In this document: positions 18,323 to 27,501 of the stretch, piece by piece | Numbering within the stretch: the stretch's first letter is position 1 | Layout: each line of letters begins with the position of its first letter | Source of the DNA: a bacterium | GTDB taxonomy: Bacteria; Patescibacteriota; UBA1384; JBDRDK01 | Direction: 5' to 3' | NCBI GenBank assembly: GCA_043820855.1 | Contig: JBDRDK010000001.1 | Coordinates: 1-58,832, forward strand | Length of the DNA stretch: 58,832 nucleotides | Position numbers and translations under genes: made by a program | The notes under the pieces: generated by a model | What the model saw: the letters and a program-made list of their open reading frames with translations, nothing else | Databases searched by the model: none | Told to the model about the DNA's origin: nothing

Positions 18323-20074
18323 ATGGAAATACGTAATATCGCAATAATAGCTCACGTAGATCACGGTAAGACCTGCCTTACTGATTTTTTGATGCGTCAG
18401 ACAGGGGCAGCCAAAATAGGTGTAGGTATGGATTCAAATGTATTGGAGCAAGAAAGAGGTATAACAATATACTCAAAAAATGCCTCTATTGATTATAAAG
18501 GTACTAAGATAAATATCGTTGATACTCCGGGTCATGCTGATTTTGGTTCAGAAGTGGAACGAGTATTGCGTTTTATTGATTCAGTAATATTAGTTGTTGA
18601 TGCTCAAGAAGGTCCTATGCCTCAAACCAGGTTTGTTTTGAAAAAGTCTCTAGAATTAGGTTTGAAACCTATAGTAGTAATAAATAAAATTGACAAAACT
18701 GCTTCTAGACCAGAATGGGTTCACGAAAAGGTTTTGGAACTTTTTTGGGATCTTGGTGCTAATGATGAACAATTAGATTTTACGGTTATTTATGCAATAG
18801 CCAAAAACGGTACTGCTAAATTAAATCTAAATGATGAGATGAAAGACCTAACCCCACTTTTGAATGTAATCCTAAAAGATGTTCCGGTTGCTTCTACAGA
18901 AATTCAGCTGAAAAAAGAATTTAAGTTTCAATCATTTAATTTAGCTTATGATAACTTTCTTGGACGTTTGGCAATAGGTAGGATATATGAGGGCGTTGTT
19001 AACGTAGGTGATGGAGTATTTATCAAAAAAGCTAAGGATGAAATTAGAAAAGGTAAAATAACAAAAATATATACTTTTCAAGGTTTAAATAAAAGGGAAG
19101 TAAATGAAGCTGGAGCAGGAGATATTGTAATGATTGCAGGAATAGATGATATAGATATAGGTGAAACAGTTTGTCACAGCCCATCTCAAGATGCTTTACC
19201 AGCTATAAATATTGACGAACCAACAATATCATTGAATTTTTTAGTAAATGATTCTCCGTTTTCTGGCAAAGATGGTAAGTTTGTTACTGGTAGACAGATT
19301 AAAGAAAGATTAGAAAAAGAACTAGAAGTAAATGTAGGTTTAAAGATTGATATGTCAAACCACGATCATTTCAAAGTTTATGGCCGAGGCGAATTACATA
19401 TAGCAATACTTTTAGAAAATATGCGACGTGAAGGTTTTGAATTACAAGTTTCACAGCCAAAAGTTATTTTTAAAGAAAAAGATGGTATTAAGACCGAACC
19501 ATTTGAAGAAGTAACTATTGACATCCCTAATGATATGATGGGAGCTATTATTGAAAAATTAGCCAAAAGAAAAGGAGTTATGATAGATTTATCACCGGAA
19601 CAAGAACACACACGAATTATTTTTGAAGTACCAACTAGAGGTTTACTTGGATATCGTGGTGATTTTATGATTGACACACGCGGTGAAGGTATCTTGTGTC
19701 GTCGTTTGATAGACTTTCGAGCTTTTGTAGGAAAGATTGAAAAACAAACAACCGGTTCTATGATTTCTATGATAGGTGGCAAAGCGCTAGGTTTTGCCCT
19801 AAACAACTTACAAAACAGAGGTGTGTTATATATTAAAGCTGGTACAGAAGTATATGAAGGTATGGTTATTGGTAATACTTCAAAAGGTGAGGATATGAAA
19901 GTGAACCCAATAAAAGGTAAGCAACTTACAAATATGCGTTCAAAAGGTTCTGATGATGCAATCATGCTTACCCCTCCGTATAAATTAAGTTTAGAAAGAG
20001 GGCTTGAGATTATGTGTGACAACGAATATCTTGAGGTTACACCAGAAAATATTCGTTTAAGAAAGATTAATTAG
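18323..20074 (+). CDS. typA: translational GTPase TypA/BipA
   Basis: IRNIAIIAHVDHGKTCL, DTPGHADF, NKID; overall EF-G-like layout without domain IV. Confidence 0.93.
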   Translation: MEIRNIAIIAHVDHGKTCLTDFLMRQTGAAKIGVGMDSNVLEQERGITIYSKNASIDYKGTKINIVDTPGHADFGSEVERVLRFIDSVILVVDAQEGPMPQTRFVLKKSLELGLKPIVVINKIDKTASRPEWVHEKVLELFWDLGANDEQLDFTVIYAIAKNGTAKLNLNDEMKDLTPLLNVILKDVPVASTEIQLKKEFKFQSFNLAYDNFLGRLAIGRIYEGVVNVGDGVFIKKAKDEIRKGKITKIYTFQGLNKREVNEAGAGDIVMIAGIDDIDIGETVCHSPSQDALPAINIDEPTISLNFLVNDSPFSGKDGKFVTGRQIKERLEKELEVNVGLKIDMSNHDHFKVYGRGELHIAILLENMRREGFELQVSQPKVIFKEKDGIKTEPFEEVTIDIPNDMMGAIIEKLAKRKGVMIDLSPEQEHTRIIFEVPTRGLLGYRGDFMIDTRGEGILCRRLIDFRAFVGKIEKQTTGSMISMIGGKALGFALNNLQNRGVLYIKAGTEVYEGMVIGNTSKGEDMKVNPIKGKQLTNMRSKGSDDAIMLTPPYKLSLERGLEIMCDNEYLEVTPENIRLRKIN

Positions 20075-20090
20075 ATATTGATTTAGAAAC

Positions 20091-20119
20091 TTGACAAAAA
20101 TATAAATTTATTATATATT
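20091..20119 (+). promoter_or_regulatory. sigma70-type promoter upstream of nusA
   Basis: TTGACA (20091-20096), 17-nt spacer, TATATT (20114-20119). Confidence 0.55.
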
Positions 20120-20125
20120 TTAATT

Positions 20126-20156
20126 GAAGAGTGAGTCAGTAGACGCGCTCTTTTTT
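20126..20156 (+). terminator. intrinsic-terminator-like hairpin in the nusA leader (candidate attenuator)
   Basis: AGAGTG.GTC-agta-GAC.CGCTCT followed by TTTTTT, about 10 nt after the predicted transcription start. Confidence 0.5.
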
Positions 20157-20212
20157 AACAAATACCAGCTAATGTTTAGCTTGTATTCCAGCTATTACAG
20201 GCAAACTTAAAT

Positions 20213-20272
20213 AGCGTCCCACTACGCATAAAGCTACGCGGGACTTACCCCGCAATACGGGGTAGCAAAGGA
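20213..20272 (+). repeat. GC-rich two-hairpin element, copy A, abutting the nusA start codon
   Basis: AGCGTCCC-ACTACGCATAAAGCTACGC-GGGAC-TTA-CCCCG-CAATA-CGGGG-TAGCAAAGGAACT-ATG; aligns without gaps to copy B at 35211. Confidence 0.6.
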
Positions 20273-20275
20273 ACT

Positions 20276-21484
20276 ATGGATAAAGAATTTGAACTAGCTA
20301 TTCAGCAAATTTGTGATGAAAAAGGCGTATCAAGAGAAATAGTTATGGAAACTATGAATGCGGCAATAGCTTCGGCGTATCGAAAAGATTACGGCACTCC
20401 AAGCCAAAGAATAAAAGCTGAATTTAATCCCGAAACTAAAGATGTAAAAGTATATCGGGTTTTTGAAGTTGTAGAAGAAGAGGATTTAGAAAATGAAGAA
20501 GCTCAAATAATCTTAAAAGAAGCAAAGAAAAAGAAAAAAAGTATTAAAATAGGGGATGAGATTACAGAAAGAATTGGTAACCCCCCTACTGACTTTGGAC
20601 GAATTGCGGCTCAGACAGCTAAGCAGGTAATTATTCAAAGAATTCGAGAAGCTGAGAGAGATGTACTATTTTCAGAGTTTCAAAGCAAAGAAAAATCAGT
20701 TGTAAACGGTACTGTTCAGCAGATTGAATTAAAAAGCGTAATTATTGATCTTAGGAAAATTAATGGGATTTTGCCAGTATCTGAACAAATTCCAGGAGAG
20801 AAATATTATATCGGTCAAAAAATGAAGGTGTATGTTAAAAGCGTAGAAGAAACTACCCGTGGACCACAAGTTATTCTCTCACGAGCCGATAAAGAACTAA
20901 TTCGAAAACTATTTGAAATTGAAGTTCCAGAAATTACATCTGGAAGCGTTGAAATAAAAGATTTAGCACGAGAACCAGGTCGTAGAACAAAGGTTTCTGT
21001 TATTGCTACGCAAGAAGGTGTAGATCCGGTTGGTTCATGCATAGGTCAAAGAGGCACCAGGGTACAGACAATATTAGCTGAGATTTGTGAAGAAAAGATC
21101 GATATAGTACTTTGGGACGAAAAGGACGAAACTTACATAATCAATGCATTATCCCCTGCAAAAGTTAAATCCGTTAAATTGATGAAGAATAAAGAAACTA
21201 AAGAAGGTGGGTATAAGGGTAAGGCTGAAGTGATTGTTGAGTCTGATCAATTATCTTTAGCAATAGGCAAAGACGGTCAAAATGTTCGACTTGCCAGTAA
21301 GTTATGTAATTGGGATATAGATGTATCAAAAATCGAGGTAGAAGCTGAAAAAGAGGATAATAAGAAAAAGGAAACAATAAAAGGAAAAAGAGCGAATAAC
21401 CTTAAAGATAAACAAGAAAAAAACAAAAAAGAAAAGTCAAATAAAACTGAAGAAAAAAAAGATCCCAAAAAAGATAAAAAATAA
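20276..21484 (+). CDS. nusA: transcription termination/antitermination factor NusA with K-rich C-terminal tail
   Basis: NusA N-terminal domain (ELAIQQICDEKGVSREIVMETM), S1 (VNGTVQQIE), KH repeats (GSCIGQRGTRVQ, AIGKDGQNVRLASKL). Confidence 0.95.
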   Translation: MDKEFELAIQQICDEKGVSREIVMETMNAAIASAYRKDYGTPSQRIKAEFNPETKDVKVYRVFEVVEEEDLENEEAQIILKEAKKKKKSIKIGDEITERIGNPPTDFGRIAAQTAKQVIIQRIREAERDVLFSEFQSKEKSVVNGTVQQIELKSVIIDLRKINGILPVSEQIPGEKYYIGQKMKVYVKSVEETTRGPQVILSRADKELIRKLFEIEVPEITSGSVEIKDLAREPGRRTKVSVIATQEGVDPVGSCIGQRGTRVQTILAEICEEKIDIVLWDEKDETYIINALSPAKVKSVKLMKNKETKEGGYKGKAEVIVESDQLSLAIGKDGQNVRLASKLCNWDIDVSKIEVEAEKEDNKKKETIKGKRANNLKDKQEKNKKEKSNKTEEKKDPKKDKK

Positions 21485-21494
21485 TCTCAATAAC

Positions 21495-23948
21495 GTGCCA
21501 AAAGATAGTTTTTATCGGTTTACTAAAATATCAAAACAAATATTATTAAAAAGTCAGGATATTGCCCATAATATGCATAATAATATTAATTCAGGGCATA
21601 TATTGCTGGCTATTTTTGAGATTAAAGGTAACGGTGACCTAAAAAATATATTAAGAAGTTACGGAATGACCTTTGATAAAATTCAGATTGCATTAAATTT
21701 TTCTGAACTAACCAAAACTTGTATTGGATCAGGTATTACTCTGGAAGCAAAAGAACTAATAAAAAGCTCTATGTTTTCAGCAAAACATTTGCAATCTAGT
21801 AGGGTATTGCCTGAACATTTATTAATAACAATACTGGAAGACAAAAATTTTGAAGGATATAAAATATTAGAAGGACTGGATGTAGATATTAAAAGTTTGT
21901 TAAATAAATTACAAAGTCGAATTTCTGGACAAACAGATTATAGTGATTTAAAAAACTTTCAAGATACAGCCACTCAAGACGATTTGTTTTCCGAATCACG
22001 TCATACAGGAGGACAATTTCAGTCAATGCCAATGGGTATCCAGACCATCAAAGCTCCGGTAAAATCTTTAAAAAACTATGCGGTTAATCTTACCGAAAAA
22101 GCCAAAAAAAATGAACTGTTACCAGTGGTAGGTAGAGACATTGAACTCCGAAGGGTTATGCGTATTTTAGCTCGAAAAACCAAAAATAATCCGATTTTGG
22201 TAGGTGAATCGGGAGTGGGAAAAACTGCAATTGTTGAAGGTCTGGCTAATGCAATTTCCCAAGAAAAGATACCAGGTGAATTGCAAAATAAACAAATATG
22301 GGCGCTGGATCTAGCTTTGTTGGTAGCGGGAACAAAATACAGGGGTGAATTTGAAGACAGGGTAAAACTAGTGTTAAAAGAGATCCAAAACAATCCCAAT
22401 CTTATTTTATTTATCGACGAAGTTCATACAATTGTTGGAACAGGCTCAGCAGAAGGTTCAATGGATGCCGCAAATATTTTAAAACCAGCGCTTGCACGAG
22501 GTGAAGTTAAGGTAATTGGTGCAACTACATACGATGATTACCGTAAATATATTGAAAAAGACTCTGCATTAGAACGTAGGATGCAAATAGTTAAGGTCAA
22601 TGAACCCACGACCGCTCAAACAAATAAAATATTGCAGGCGTTGAAACCAAATTTTGAAAAGCACCATAACGTAAGGATCAGTTTGGAAGCTATTCGTGCT
22701 GCTACTGAGCTGTCGGAACGATATATAACAGATAGGTTTTTACCTGATAAAGCTATCGATGTTTTGGATGAAGCTTGTGCTGAGTTTTCACTGGAAGGCT
22801 CTATTTTTAATAATCATTCTTATGAATTTGAAGTAGATAAAATTAAAGATGAATTAATAAAAAACAAAAAATATAACCAAGCAATAAAACTTAAACCAAA
22901 ATCAAAGAAAGATTCTAAAATTAAAAGGCCTTTTGTAAAAAATGAAGACATTGCCAAGGTAGTCTCAGAATGGACCTCAGTGCCGCTTTCAATAATATTA
23001 AAGGATTCAAAAAAAAGATTCGCCGATATTGAGAAAAAACTTCAACAGAAAATTATTGGTCAGGGTGAGGCGATAAATGTACTGGCAAACACATTAAGAC
23101 GATCGGAAACCGGTGTAAGTCTAGAGGATAGACCTTTTGGATCGTTTATATTTTTGGGACCAACTGGTGTAGGAAAAACCGAACTTGCCAAAGTGCTGGC
23201 TGAAGAAGTTTTTGGCAACAAAGACACCCTATTTAAGATAGATATGAGTGAATTTATGGAAAAACACAACGTGTCACGATTAGTAGGAGCCCCTCCTGGT
23301 TATGTAGGTTTTGATGAATCTGGTAAACTTACTGAGGCAATTCGTCAAAAACCATACTCAGTTGTGCTTTTTGATGAGATTGAAAAAGCTCATCCTGATG
23401 TTTTTAACTTATTACTTCAAATTTTAGAAGATGGATATTTAACAGATGCTAAGGGCCGAAAAGTAGATTTTTCAAAAACTATTGTAATTATGACATCAAA
23501 TCTAGGTACAAAGGATATAAGCTCAGGTTCAGAAATCGGATTTTTTAGAAATGAAGGTTTGGATGAAAGGGAATATTACTCAAAAATTCAAAAAAAAGTT
23601 TACCATGAGCTTAAAGATTTTTTCTCCCCAGAATTTTTAAATAGAGTTGATAGAGTTCTAATTTTTAGACCTCTTACAAAATCCGATTTGAAAAAAATTA
23701 CTAAAATTCAATTAAATTTACTTGTTAAACGACTAAACAAAATCGGTGTTAAGATAAAATATGATAATAAAATAATAGAATATATTGTTGAAAAAATTAC
23801 AGATACTGAAAATGGAGCACGACCCATACGTAGAAATATATCTAAACTACTCGAAGACCCAATTGCTGAAATACTAGTAAATAAAAAAATTAAAACTAAC
23901 AAAAACATCAGTATTAAGATAGATAACGATAAGATAATTATAAAATAG
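21495..23948 (+). CDS. clpC: ClpC/ClpA-type AAA+ chaperone-unfoldase (two AAA modules, Clp_N domain, IGF ClpP loop); GTG start
   Basis: Clp_N repeats; [13 protein letters not shown] and [12 protein letters not shown] Walker A motifs; LFIDEVH and [10 protein letters not shown] Walker B motifs; SEIGFF loop. Confidence 0.9.
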   Translation: MPKDSFYRFTKISKQILLKSQDIAHNMHNNINSGHILLAIFEIKGNGDLKNILRSYGMTFDKIQIALNFSELTKTCIGSGITLEAKELIKSSMFSAKHLQSSRVLPEHLLITILEDKNFEGYKILEGLDVDIKSLLNKLQSRISGQTDYSDLKNFQDTATQDDLFSESRHTGGQFQSMPMGIQTIKAPVKSLKNYAVNLTEKAKKNELLPVVGRDIELRRVMRILARKTKNNPILVGESGVGKTAIVEGLANAISQEKIPGELQNKQIWALDLALLVAGTKYRGEFEDRVKLVLKEIQNNPNLILFIDEVHTIVGTGSAEGSMDAANILKPALARGEVKVIGATTYDDYRKYIEKDSALERRMQIVKVNEPTTAQTNKILQALKPNFEKHHNVRISLEAIRAATELSERYITDRFLPDKAIDVLDEACAEFSLEGSIFNNHSYEFEVDKIKDELIKNKKYNQAIKLKPKSKKDSKIKRPFVKNEDIAKVVSEWTSVPLSIILKDSKKRFADIEKKLQQKIIGQGEAINVLANTLRRSETGVSLEDRPFGSFIFLGPTGVGKTELAKVLAEEVFGNKDTLFKIDMSEFMEKHNVSRLVGAPPGYVGFDESGKLTEAIRQKPYSVVLFDEIEKAHPDVFNLLLQILEDGYLTDAKGRKVDFSKTIVIMTSNLGTKDISSGSEIGFFRNEGLDEREYYSKIQKKVYHELKDFFSPEFLNRVDRVLIFRPLTKSDLKKITKIQLNLLVKRLNKIGVKIKYDNKIIEYIVEKITDTENGARPIRRNISKLLEDPIAEILVNKKIKTNKNISIKIDNDKIIIK

Positions 23949-24019
23949 CTTGCATTACTTGATAGTGATTGTGTTATACTACAATAGTATTTTATCTAAA
24001 ACGAAAGGAGGTGATATAC

Positions 24020-24235
24020 ATGGACGACCAACAAGCAACTCCACCGGTAGGTGATGATCAACCAAAGCCTGAGGGAGAAGAAGCTACTCCTGAAACTCCA
24101 GAAGCTCCGGCTGTACCTGAAGAGGGAGAAAAAAAAACCCGAAGAAACTCCAGCAGGTGGGGATCAACCAGCGGCATAAATAATGTGAATATTTTAGTTA
24201 AATATTTGATTTTACAAAAGACTAGAGTGAATTAA
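24020..24235 (+). CDS. small acidic Pro/Glu-rich protein; reading frame probably disturbed at an A9 run (24129-24137)
   Basis: SD AAAGGAGGTG sits 6 nt before the ATG at 24020. After the A-run the frame switches from PE-rich to RRNSSRWGS. The frame with one A fewer reads KKPEETPAGGDQPAA and stops at 24177-24179, before the terminator. Confidence 0.4.
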   Translation: MDDQQATPPVGDDQPKPEGEEATPETPEAPAVPEEGEKKTRRNSSRWGSTSGINNVNILVKYLILQKTRVN

Positions 24236-24255
24236 TTTCTAGTCTTTTGTATTTT
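24216..24255 (+). terminator. intrinsic terminator
   Basis: AAAAGACTAGA-11nt-TCTAGTCTTTT (11-bp stem) followed by a T-rich tract. Confidence 0.7.
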
Positions 24256-24260
24256 ATACA

Positions 24261-24836
24261 ATGAAAATATTAGCTTTTACAGATATACACGCTTCAAAAA
24301 TAGCGTTTAAAAAACTACGAGCTTTTATCAGTCACAATAAGATCGATTTGGCAATTTTTTGTGGTGATTTTACGAATTCTTGGGTTGAGGATATTGATTT
24401 TGTAAAAGAGGTTATCACTTACTTCAAAAACAAAAAAACTCGTTTTTATGCAGTTCCTGGAGATAACGACAGACAACAAGTCTTGGATTTACTGTCTGAC
24501 CAAAATGTTAGTTTACATTATCAACCTAAAAAAATAGGTAATTATATGTTTTATGGGATTGGAGGATTGGGAGCACCCGACGAGTACATATTAGTTGAAC
24601 AAAGATTTCATAAAATCGATCCAAATACAATATTTGTAAGTCATGTACCACCAAAATTTAAGTTAGTAAAAAAAGCTAAGATCTTACCATCAGTACATAT
24701 TTATGGACATATTCATTTTCGGGCCTATAGTAAAACAGTAAGAGGTTGTTTATTTATTCAAATGTCCTCGATTTTAAGATCTCAAGTTGCTATATTAGAA
24801 TTACCAAGCAAAAAAGTAGAATTTATTAATATATAA
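24261..24836 (+). CDS. calcineurin-like metallophosphoesterase
   Basis: FTDIHAS, CGDFT, VPGDNDR, GHIHF motifs in canonical order. Confidence 0.8.
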   Translation: MKILAFTDIHASKIAFKKLRAFISHNKIDLAIFCGDFTNSWVEDIDFVKEVITYFKNKKTRFYAVPGDNDRQQVLDLLSDQNVSLHYQPKKIGNYMFYGIGGLGAPDEYILVEQRFHKIDPNTIFVSHVPPKFKLVKKAKILPSVHIYGHIHFRAYSKTVRGCLFIQMSSILRSQVAILELPSKKVEFINI

Positions 24837-24855
24837 AAAATTAAGTGGAGATCTT

Positions 24856-25137
24856 ATGTCAGAAAGAATTACGCGAACTGGATCACCGGGAGGTATACCT
24901 TTTAGGGTTGAGTCCGATGAGAAAAAAAGAAGGGTTGAAGAAACTGAAAAAACTTCACCCCATATAGGAATTAAAAAAGAACCCAGAACTGATGTTTTTG
25001 AATCTACTCAGGAAGAGCAAAAAGAAGGTTCGTCAATCACACCAGATGTGGCGCAAATTGAGGAAGAAGAACCATCTGAAATAGCAAAAGATAAAAAGGA
25101 AGAAGATTCACAAGAGAGCATTGATATCTACGCCTAA
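24856..25137 (+). CDS. small acidic hypothetical protein
   Basis: SD AAGTGGAG upstream; 93 aa, E/K-rich. Confidence 0.5.
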   Translation: MSERITRTGSPGGIPFRVESDEKKRRVEETEKTSPHIGIKKEPRTDVFESTQEEQKEGSSITPDVAQIEEEEPSEIAKDKKEEDSQESIDIYA

Positions 25138-25180
25138 ATTGCAAGTTTCGAGTTGTTAAATTATTGAGTACAGACTGAGT

Positions 25181-25201
25181 TTATTCCGAGTCGAGGAATA
25201 A
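25181..25201. terminator. hairpin between convergent genes
   Basis: TTATTCC-gagtcga-GGAATAA. Confidence 0.35.
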
Positions 25202-25239
25202 TATAAATACTTTTTAGTTTTAAACTGTAATTTTGAACC

Positions 25240-26700
25240 TTAGTAATGTATATAAATTGGAGTACCTATAGACGCCCAACTATATAAATAAGCGGCTGGA
25301 CCCACCCCTAATCGTACACAGCCGTGCGAAACCCTTAATCCCAAATGATTTAAACCTTCCTTATATCCACCAGGCCATTCCGGAAGTTCGTGGATACCGT
25401 GGCCAGCACTGGTAAAAGCCATCCAATAAGGCATATAAAGACCGTATTTACTTGACCAAGCTCGAATATTCTTGCTCATAACATGGTATGTACCAGTTGG
25501 TGTGTAATAACCGGGTTTACCGCTAGATATTGTATATGTAGCAATTAATTTCTTTCCTTCCCATAGATACATTTTTTGTTTTGCTGATATATTTAACTCT
25601 ATATATCTGCCCGGGTACAACCCACCTATAGGAGGTGAATCTGGGTATACTATTTTTTCTGCGGGTTTGATAGTATTTGTTTCAAGTGTTATTCCTCTAT
25701 CGGAATTTTCAAAAAATATTTCGTTGATTGTTTGAATTACTAAAGTACGATTTAGCTGTCTACCTTCCCGACCTTCACGCTTTGTGGTTTTTTTTGTACC
25801 TGTTAGTTCAATGATCGTATCAATCACGGGTATGTCTATCTTTTCTGCTATGATATCCAGATATTTGTTTAAAGCCAATTCATCTATCTCTATTTGAGTT
25901 TCTCTGTTTACTTCAATAAAATCTAACCATTTAGCTATATCTGAAGGTTCTGCAGTAAATTTTAGATTTCCGTAGTTAAACACAAAAGATTTAGATATAA
26001 GTCGGTTTGCTTCTTCTTTGATACTAGATAGGTCATCGCAGATAATCGTTGGTTTATTTGATGTGGCTTGTAATTCTATTGTGCTTAACTCTTGGTTTGT
26101 GATATCTGTTTTGTGTTGTATCTGATCGTTGATTTTATCTGAAGCTGAATCAATGTCGATTATTTTTCCCACCTCTTCTTGTACTATTTCAAAATAACTA
26201 TTTGAATTTTTATCACTATATATAAGTGTGGCGTTTTGTGCACGTTGGATATTATCCTTTCCAATATGTTCTAGGTATGAATGCAGTTTTGCGAGATCAA
26301 CCTCAGATGTAATTTTGATATTTCTACCAAAAAATAATATTTTAGAGGTTTGCCAAAATCTGGATATGAAATTCCCGCCTCTGTTAAAATTTATTGCTTG
26401 TTTGGCTAGATCAGATGTATTCAATGTTACACCTATTTGATCTAACGCTGGATGAAATCTCTCATCTTGAAAAGTTAGGTTTACTCCGGTTTGCGATACC
26501 TGCCAAAACTTTTGTTCTAGGGTTTGTTTTGTTTCTAGCTCTGTTTTACCTGTTAGATTAATACCCGATACTTGAACACCCAAACCTACTTTATGGGCAA
26601 ATACTAAATCAACCCCCCACATTAAAAAACTAATAAATATCGTTATTGCAATTACTAAAATCGCTGAAATTTTTATATGATGATGAACGTGATGGTACAT
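25240..26700 (-). CDS. L,D-transpeptidase (YkuD domain) with N-terminal membrane anchor
   Basis: C-terminal HGIHELP...SHGCVRL catalytic motif; N-terminal TM ISAILVIAITIFISFLMWGV. Confidence 0.85.
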   Translation of the reverse strand: MYHHVHHHIKISAILVIAITIFISFLMWGVDLVFAHKVGLGVQVSGINLTGKTELETKQTLEQKFWQVSQTGVNLTFQDERFHPALDQIGVTLNTSDLAKQAINFNRGGNFISRFWQTSKILFFGRNIKITSEVDLAKLHSYLEHIGKDNIQRAQNATLIYSDKNSNSYFEIVQEEVGKIIDIDSASDKINDQIQHKTDITNQELSTIELQATSNKPTIICDDLSSIKEEANRLISKSFVFNYGNLKFTAEPSDIAKWLDFIEVNRETQIEIDELALNKYLDIIAEKIDIPVIDTIIELTGTKKTTKREGREGRQLNRTLVIQTINEIFFENSDRGITLETNTIKPAEKIVYPDSPPIGGLYPGRYIELNISAKQKMYLWEGKKLIATYTISSGKPGYYTPTGTYHVMSKNIRAWSSKYGLYMPYWMAFTSAGHGIHELPEWPGGYKEGLNHLGLRVSHGCVRLGVGPAAYLYSWASIGTPIYIHY

Positions 26701-26761
26701 ATGTTTATTACACCAACTAAAATCGCTTGTGTCAATCTTTTATAGGTGGTAAGATATATTT

Positions 26762-26902
26762 ATGAAAAATGAAAAAAATGAGAATTTATCAGTAAATATT
26801 AGGAAGTCAAGTGATTACAAGTTTGAAGATTTTGAAATTTCTGAAAATGAAGAAAGATATCGTTATTTCAAAAACGGCACTGTACAAAAAATCGAAGATT
26901 AA
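26762..26902 (+). CDS. possible 46-aa small protein (below the ORF-track cutoff)
   Basis: ATG...TAA ORF MKNEKNENLSVNIRKSSDYKFEDFEISENEERYRYFKNGTVQKIED in an otherwise empty gap; no clear SD. Confidence 0.3.
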   Translation: MKNEKNENLSVNIRKSSDYKFEDFEISENEERYRYFKNGTVQKIED

Positions 26903-26922
26903 TCTATGGAAACGGAGTTAAT

Positions 26923-27501
26923 ATGGAAATAAAATGGCATGGCGGAAGCTTAGTAAGCGTAAAGACCGGTTTCGCAATTGTATATTTCGACTATTCGATC
27001 GATAAATTACCCGAGCCAGATAAATATAAGCAGATTATTGTCTGTACGATACCTAATGATATAAACCCCTCTTTAAATAAACACAAAGATAGATTTATCA
27101 TTAATCAACCAGGAGAATATGAGATTTCTGGTGTTGAAATAAGAATTATCCCTGTAAATAATCGGCAAATTGCTATTCTGAAATACGAAAACAATACACT
27201 GGCTAGCTTTAATCTTGACACTACCCCAAGCGACAAAGTATTAAAATTAGTAAATGGGATAAATATTTTACTATTGAGTGTTGGGAAAAATAACTTAGAT
27301 ATAAAATCTTCCTCCAGTATATGTAATCAAGTTGAACCACAAGTTTTGATACCTATCGATTATCAAGAATTAAAAGAAATAGATTTGTTTTTAAAAAACG
27401 AGAACTTTAATCGTGAAGATATTTTGGATAAATACCAATTTTCAAAAAGTGACCTGAACACAGAAGAACGTCAAAATGTACTTCTTAAACCACAAAAATA
27501 A
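26923..27501 (+). CDS. hypothetical protein (N-terminus faintly MBL-fold-like but lacks HxHxDH)
   Basis: SD GGAAACGGAG upstream; MEIKWHGGSLVSVKT resembles the first strand of UPF0173/MBL proteins; TAATG stop-start junction with the next gene. Confidence 0.5.
   Translation: MEIKWHGGSLVSVKTGFAIVYFDYSIDKLPEPDKYKQIIVCTIPNDINPSLNKHKDRFIINQPGEYEISGVEIRIIPVNNRQIAILKYENNTLASFNLDTTPSDKVLKLVNGINILLLSVGKNNLDIKSSSSICNQVEPQVLIPIDYQELKEIDLFLKNENFNREDILDKYQFSKSDLNTEERQNVLLKPQK

Noticed and set aside
23969-24019. Upstream start (MCYTTIVFYLKRKEVIY...) for the small Pro-rich ORF.
   Set aside because: The strong SD AAAGGAGGTG lies inside this extension and is positioned for the ATG at 24020. The extension overlaps the likely promoter.
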